Origin: Azospirillum sp. 51_20
GTDB lineage: Bacteria; Pseudomonadota; Alphaproteobacteria; RF32; CAG-239
Assembly: GCA_001917175.1 (NCBI GenBank)
Contig: MNTV01000018.1
Span: forward strand, 53,907 to 117,906
Length of the DNA stretch: 64,000 nt
Reading direction: 5' to 3'
The notes under the pieces were generated by a model that was not told where the DNA came from, searched no databases, and saw only the letters and a list, made by a program, of their open reading frames with translations. Numbering within the stretch: position 1 is the first letter of the stretch; every line of letters begins with the position of its first letter. Of the stretch, positions 59,663 through 64,000 are shown piece after piece. Made by a program: the position numbers and the translations under genes.

Positions 59663-60118
59663 TTATTCCTCTTCTTTCGTTTCCTCCTTAGCCGCCGGAG
59701 TTTCCCGATTTTTCGGCAGCCTGCGCAGACCGACGTCGCGCGCGCCGCTGATGCCGAGAATAACCGTTAAGGCGGTAATCAGCTGCGACCAGTCATTGAC
59801 ACGAAGGTCAAGATAAGGCGCTATGATGCAGTTGATGAAAAAACCGCCGGCCAAAGCCCAGCCCACGCAAGGGATCCACATTCTCTGCCAGCCTTTGCCC
59901 GACCTGTTCTCCGGAAGCTTGTCCAGAGAATTTTTCAGGAAATAATCGCGGGTACCGCTGATACCGAGCAAAATGCCGAGAGAAGTGATCAGACCGTTCC
60001 ACTCTACCAAAGAAATTTCGGTGAACGGAGCAACGAAGAGGTTATTGACAAAACCTCCGACCAGAATCCAGCCAATGACCGAAATCCAAAGTCTTTTGAA
60101 CTTTATCTTCTTTTTCAT
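59663..60118 (-). CDS. Membrane protein built from two tandem ~60-aa units, each with two TM helices
   Basis: Unit 1 (WISVIGWILVGGFVNNLFVAPF..WNGLITSLGILLGISGTRD) and unit 2 (WIPCVGWALAGGFFINCIIAPY..WSQLITALTVILGISGARD) align residue for residue. The C-terminal tail is acidic. Confidence 0.55.
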   Translation of the reverse strand: MKKKIKFKRLWISVIGWILVGGFVNNLFVAPFTEISLVEWNGLITSLGILLGISGTRDYFLKNSLDKLPENRSGKGWQRMWIPCVGWALAGGFFINCIIAPYLDLRVNDWSQLITALTVILGISGARDVGLRRLPKNRETPAAKEETKEEE

Positions 60119-60201
60119 ATGTATAAATGTTAATAATTTTTTTCCTGTTTTTTATCATAAGCGAACCGCCGCTGTTTGTCAATTGTTTTTGTCTAAAAGG
60201 T

Positions 60202-61545
60202 TTATTCCTTACAGATAATTACCGAAAAGCCGTCGCCGCTGTTGTCAAATTCCATTTTGCAGCCGTGCAAAGCGGCAATCTTGCCGACAATCGACAGACC
60301 GAGGCCGCTGCCGTTTTCTTTTTGTCCGGCCGGACGGAAGAAACGTTCACTCAAATGACGCAGATGGCGGTCGGCAATCTTAACTCCGGAATTGTGGACT
60401 TCGATTTCGTCGGCGGAAATACGGACGGCAACCGTTGCGCCCTCGGGGCTGTATTTTACCGCGTTGTCCAAAAGGTTGCGCAGCATGGCAGCCAGCAGCA
60501 CGGAATTGCCTTTGTTTACCGGCGCACGGGCGGTAACGTCGGTTTTAAGAATTTGTTTTTTCGCCCGCAGCGCTTCGTCATATTCGGCGGCAAGGGAACC
60601 GACAATCTGCGGCCAGGAAACATCTTCCGCTTCGTCGGTCATCGCCAGTCCGCTTTCCAGCTTCGACAACAGCAGCAGCTGTTCCACCAGCCGGGCACAG
60701 CGCTCAATCCCCTGCCCCATCTTGGCCGCGGCGGAACGTCTGGCCCCGGCGTCGTCTTCCGCCAGCTCCAGCACTTCCAGCTGCACTTTCAAAGCCGTCA
60801 GCGGCGAACGCAATTCATGCGCGGAATCGGAGATAAAGCTTTTTTCCCGCTTGATCATGCCGTCAATCCGGCGCAAAAGGTCGTTCATGGCGGTTGTCAA
60901 AGGCTTGATTTCGTCGGGCAGATCCTTGTCGGAAAGCGGCGACAGATCATCGGGACGACGCGCTTCCAGTTCTTTTGCCAGTCGGCGGAAAGAAGAAAAT
61001 TCGCGGCCGACGAAATAAATCACCGCACCGAGCAAAATCAACAATCCGCACAGCCAGGGGGTGAGAAATTCCTCAACCATGTCCAGCGTGACTTCGGTGC
61101 GGTACTCCATTTCCTGGCCGACGGCTATGACGTAGTTTTTGTCCGCGGAATCGACCCAGACGATGCGCCACTCCTCATCATCCACGTTCTGGTTGAAGAA
61201 ACTGCCGGTGCGGGGAGAGAAAATAAAGTCTTTGCCGTTTTCGTTATCGTGAAAAATCATTTTGCCCGCACGGTCAAAAACGGCAAAACCGATCGCTTCG
61301 TCTTCTTCGTCGGCATTGTCAATGCCGCCGATAATGCGGTTGGTGGCCTTCTGACTGTCGGCGGAAAGTCCGCTCCAGTCGGCAGAAGCCAGCTGACGGG
61401 CAAGCAAAATCTGATACTGGTCGAAAAATTCGTCGATTTTCTCGCGGCTTTCAAACCACGAAAACAACCCCGAACAAATCCATATCAAACAGGAAATGCC
61501 GGTAAAAAGCAGCAGCAGGCGAATTCTCAGACTTAGTTTTTTCAT
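60202..61545 (-). CDS. Two-component sensor histidine kinase (QseC/PmrB-like)
   Basis: Two TMs with a periplasmic loop, a HAMP region, an H-box (SHELRSPLT), and N, G1 and G2 boxes. 447 aa. It overlaps the response regulator gene stop. Confidence 0.8.
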   Translation of the reverse strand: MKKLSLRIRLLLLFTGISCLIWICSGLFSWFESREKIDEFFDQYQILLARQLASADWSGLSADSQKATNRIIGGIDNADEEDEAIGFAVFDRAGKMIFHDNENGKDFIFSPRTGSFFNQNVDDEEWRIVWVDSADKNYVIAVGQEMEYRTEVTLDMVEEFLTPWLCGLLILLGAVIYFVGREFSSFRRLAKELEARRPDDLSPLSDKDLPDEIKPLTTAMNDLLRRIDGMIKREKSFISDSAHELRSPLTALKVQLEVLELAEDDAGARRSAAAKMGQGIERCARLVEQLLLLSKLESGLAMTDEAEDVSWPQIVGSLAAEYDEALRAKKQILKTDVTARAPVNKGNSVLLAAMLRNLLDNAVKYSPEGATVAVRISADEIEVHNSGVKIADRHLRHLSERFFRPAGQKENGSGLGLSIVGKIAALHGCKMEFDNSGDGFSVIICKE

Positions 61546-62201
61546 GTTTCTTCCAGTATATATCCGATTTTGTTAACCGTGCGGACAATGTCCTTGCCGA
61601 GTTTTTTGCGCAGATGGTGAATGTGAACCTCCACCGCGTTGCTCGAAACTTCGTCATCCCAGGAATAAATTTTGCTTTCAATCGCTTCCTTGGAAAGAAC
61701 CTTGTTTTTGTTTAAGAGCAGCAGTTCCAGCAAAGCGGTTTCCTTGGGCGACAGCACCACTTCCCGGCCGGCGGAGGTCACTTTGCGGGTTTCGGGATCA
61801 AAAGCGACGTTTCCGTATGTCAGAAGCGGCGAAGGGCGGCCGCTGCTGCGGCGGATCAGGGCATTTAAACGGGCCTGCACTTCTTTTAGGGAAAAGGGCT
61901 TGCCGAGGTAGTCGTCGGCGCCGCTGTTCAATCCGGCGATGCGCTGGTCGACGTCACCGCGGGCGGTTAAAATCAGCACCGGTTCCGTCCGGCTCTTCTG
62001 CCGCCAGTTTTTCAGCACCTCCAAACCGTCCTGACCGGGCAGTCCCAGATCAAGCACCACCGCTGCGTAAGAAGCCTGATACAGAGCTTCTTCCCCTTCC
62101 AGTCCGTCGGTGAACCAGTCGACGGCAAAGCCGAGCTTTTCCAGCCCGACTTTCAAACCGTCGCCGATCAGTTGGTCATCTTCCACCAGCAGGATCCGCA
62201 T
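61542..62201 (-). CDS. OmpR-family response regulator (QseB/BasR-like)
   Basis: Begins MRILLVEDD, has a receiver Asp in VVLDLGLP, and a winged-helix C-terminus. Confidence 0.85.
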   Translation of the reverse strand: MRILLVEDDQLIGDGLKVGLEKLGFAVDWFTDGLEGEEALYQASYAAVVLDLGLPGQDGLEVLKNWRQKSRTEPVLILTARGDVDQRIAGLNSGADDYLGKPFSLKEVQARLNALIRRSSGRPSPLLTYGNVAFDPETRKVTSAGREVVLSPKETALLELLLLNKNKVLSKEAIESKIYSWDDEVSSNAVEVHIHHLRKKLGKDIVRTVNKIGYILEET

Positions 62202-62213
62202 GACACACCCGTC

Positions 62214-62588
62214 TTATTTTTTCAGTTTTACGGTATTGACGTCAACTTTGATGTCAAACAGGTCTTTGTCAACTTCGCCGCTGATTTCGATGGTGTCTTC
62301 CGGAGTAACGTTGACGCCGCGCCAGTCTTCGTCGTCGATTTCAATAGTGATGGTGCCGCTCGCGTCTTTGAACAGATATTTTTCGTCGCCCAGGCTCTGC
62401 TGAATCTGTCCGACCAGGACAACCGGCTGGTCGTCACTCATCTTGTTGGCTTCGGCAACGGTCGAAACGGACAGTCCCGGTCCGGTGAATCCGCCGCGGG
62501 GAGCCATGGCGCCCTGATACTGGGCATGAGCCGCGCCGGCAAAACCGATCATCAAAGCCAGGGTAGATACTGCGAGTAATTTGTTCAT
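62214..62588 (-). CDS. YgiW/YdeI (BOF, bacterial OB-fold) family periplasmic protein
   Basis: Signal peptide followed by an OB-fold region. 124 aa. It lies directly upstream of the qseBC-like pair, as ygiW does in E. coli. Confidence 0.65.
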   Translation of the reverse strand: MNKLLAVSTLALMIGFAGAAHAQYQGAMAPRGGFTGPGLSVSTVAEANKMSDDQPVVLVGQIQQSLGDEKYLFKDASGTITIEIDDEDWRGVNVTPEDTIEISGEVDKDLFDIKVDVNTVKLKK

Positions 62589-62863
62589 GTGTTTTCTCCT
62601 AAAAAAATGTTTTGATTAACTGCTTACAAGAACAATACAACATTATAAACTTAAGTAACGCTTAAGGGATAAAAAATTTTTATCTTTTTTATTTAATTTT
62701 GCATATCCGATTGAAAAACATAGATATTATTTTCAAAAAAACGACAAAGCAAAAACTGTCCGCCCGGTCTGCCGGCACATTTTTCTTAAATTATTAAGGC
62801 TTTCCGCCCACAGGCGAATCCGCTTTTTAAGCGGCAGGAACGGCTTTGCCGCACAGACGGAAG

Positions 62864-64000
62864 CTATTCTTCGTCCGCCGTGTTCAATTCGTAGTAATAT
62901 TCCAGAAGCTCGCGGGAATAATCCCTGATTTCTCCCGACGGCAGCACCAGCATCCGGCTGATGCCGATCTGTTCGACAAAGGAAGGATTGTGGCTGACCA
63001 CCAGGATGGTTCCTTCAAACTGACGGAAATTGCCGCCGATCACCGCCTGGGTTTCCGGATCCAGGTGGTTGGTCGGTTCGTCCAAAACCAGCAGGTTTGC
63101 CCTTTGCAGCAAAAGTTTGCACAATGCCACCCGCGCCTTTTCGCCGGGAGAAAGAACGGCCGCGTTTTTGTTGATGTCGTCTTCATAAAAAAGAAAATTG
63201 CTTAAAATGCCGCGCAGCTGCCATTCGTTGTAACCGTCGGTTTCCACGTTTTCAAACACGGTTTTGTCCGCATCAAGCTGTTCCAGTTCCTGGGCATAAT
63301 AGGCAACGTCGGTTTTCGGGTTAAAACGAATCTGTCCGTCAACGGGCGGCAGAAAACCCATAATCAGTTTCAGCAGGGTCGATTTGCCGACGCCGTTTTC
63401 GCCCACCACCAGAAAACGTTCGCCGCCGGAAAGCTTAAACGATAATTTGCGGTAAAGGAAACGCTGCCCGGGGTAGCGGAAACTCAGTTCTTCCACACTC
63501 AAAGGCACCAACGCACCTTCCCGTTTGGGACGGATATCCATTTTCACCCGCCGGTAGGGGCGTTCGCGCACCGGCAGACGGTCACGCATTTTCTCCAGCC
63601 TTAACGCGCGTTCCTGGCCTTTGCGCTTCAGCTTATGGTTTGTCTGCGACGCTTCTCTGGCCCGCTGCACAAAATCTTCCAGCTTTTTTATTTCCCGTTC
63701 CTGCAGCGAAATCTGCCGTTCGCGCACCCGTTGTTCTTCCGCCCGCTGCTTTTTAAAAACGTCGTAATTGCCGTCATAAACCGAAATCTTATGCGTTACT
63801 TTGTTGATAAACACGATTTTGCGCACGATCCGGTTCAAAAAATCAACGTCATGACTGATAATCAGTACCGAACCTTTGTAATTTTTAAGATAACCGGTAA
63901 CATAATCCCGGGTTGCCGCATCCAAATGGTTGGTCGGCTCGTCCAGGCACAAAACTTCCGGTTTGGAATAAAGCACCCGGGCAAAGGCCAACTTCGATTT
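62864..64000 (-). CDS. ABC-F family ATPase. It is partial, and its 5' end lies beyond the window.
   Basis: Two ABC signature/Walker regions (LSGGE, VLDEPTNHLD) with an arm/linker between them. The frame is open to the window edge. Confidence 0.8.
   Translation of the reverse strand, partial: KSKLAFARVLYSKPEVLCLDEPTNHLDAATRDYVTGYLKNYKGSVLIISHDVDFLNRIVRKIVFINKVTHKISVYDGNYDVFKKQRAEEQRVRERQISLQEREIKKLEDFVQRAREASQTNHKLKRKGQERALRLEKMRDRLPVRERPYRRVKMDIRPKREGALVPLSVEELSFRYPGQRFLYRKLSFKLSGGERFLVVGENGVGKSTLLKLIMGFLPPVDGQIRFNPKTDVAYYAQELEQLDADKTVFENVETDGYNEWQLRGILSNFLFYEDDINKNAAVLSPGEKARVALCKLLLQRANLLVLDEPTNHLDPETQAVIGGNFRQFEGTILVVSHNPSFVEQIGISRMLVLPSGEIRDYSRELLEYYYELNTADEE

Overview
This 64-kb window is chromosomal DNA from a diderm bacterium with moderately high GC. 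I could not assign the organism from sequence alone. Pilin leaders of the VEML type and a cmk-rpsA pair would fit Negativicutes-like organisms, while ygiW-qseBC is more proteobacterial. It reads as six blocks. (1) 1-8.0 kb is a type IV pilus/T2SS-like cluster: coiled-coil protein, GspE/PilB ATPase, GspF/PilC platform, membrane-anchored accessory protein, and two paralogous prepilin genes with an unusual G|RSMVEML processing motif. The two pilin genes are separated by a 185-bp tandem duplication and a degraded sulfatase-family pseudogene. (2) 8.2-17.9 kb is housekeeping: cbpA, lipoproteins, an ELM1-like protein, methyltransferases including rsmE, cmk-rpsA, a hypothetical protein, and a secreted nitroreductase-family protein. 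(3) tRNA-Ser(GGA) at 18318-18408 is followed by a ~12.5-kb AT-richer integrated island ending near 31.1 kb. The island carries an Abi_C-like gene, a large serine recombinase with a DUF2924 partner, a ParB-methylase fusion, and a DUF5681-like protein plus a large terminase. It also has an XRE repressor divergent from a nine-gene plus-strand block that ends in an overlapping Dam methylase / 4-TM protein / DGQHR (DndB-like) trio. That trio is the most novel-looking candidate system in the window. The island is bracketed by an imperfect ~150-bp direct repeat that starts at the tRNA 3' end and by an outer ~100-bp inverted repeat. (4) 31.5-43.5 kb is a stress/redox cluster: aldo-keto reductase, CMD-cupin, AraC, HxlR, cupin, a signal-peptide-bearing Hsp20, a GT2 glycosyltransferase, pirin and secreted hypotheticals. 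It ends in a 946-aa LplT/acyltransferase/acyl-ACP-synthetase fusion whose C-terminus looks truncated. (5) csp lies next to a tpsB-tpsA two-partner secretion locus. TpsA is a 4447-aa (13.3-kb) exoprotein. The tpsB reading frame contains an in-frame TAG, and a G8 homopolymer lies upstream. (6) The window ends with a duplicated-motif membrane protein, ygiW-qseB-qseC, and a partial ABC-F gene. No CRISPR array or rRNA gene was seen.
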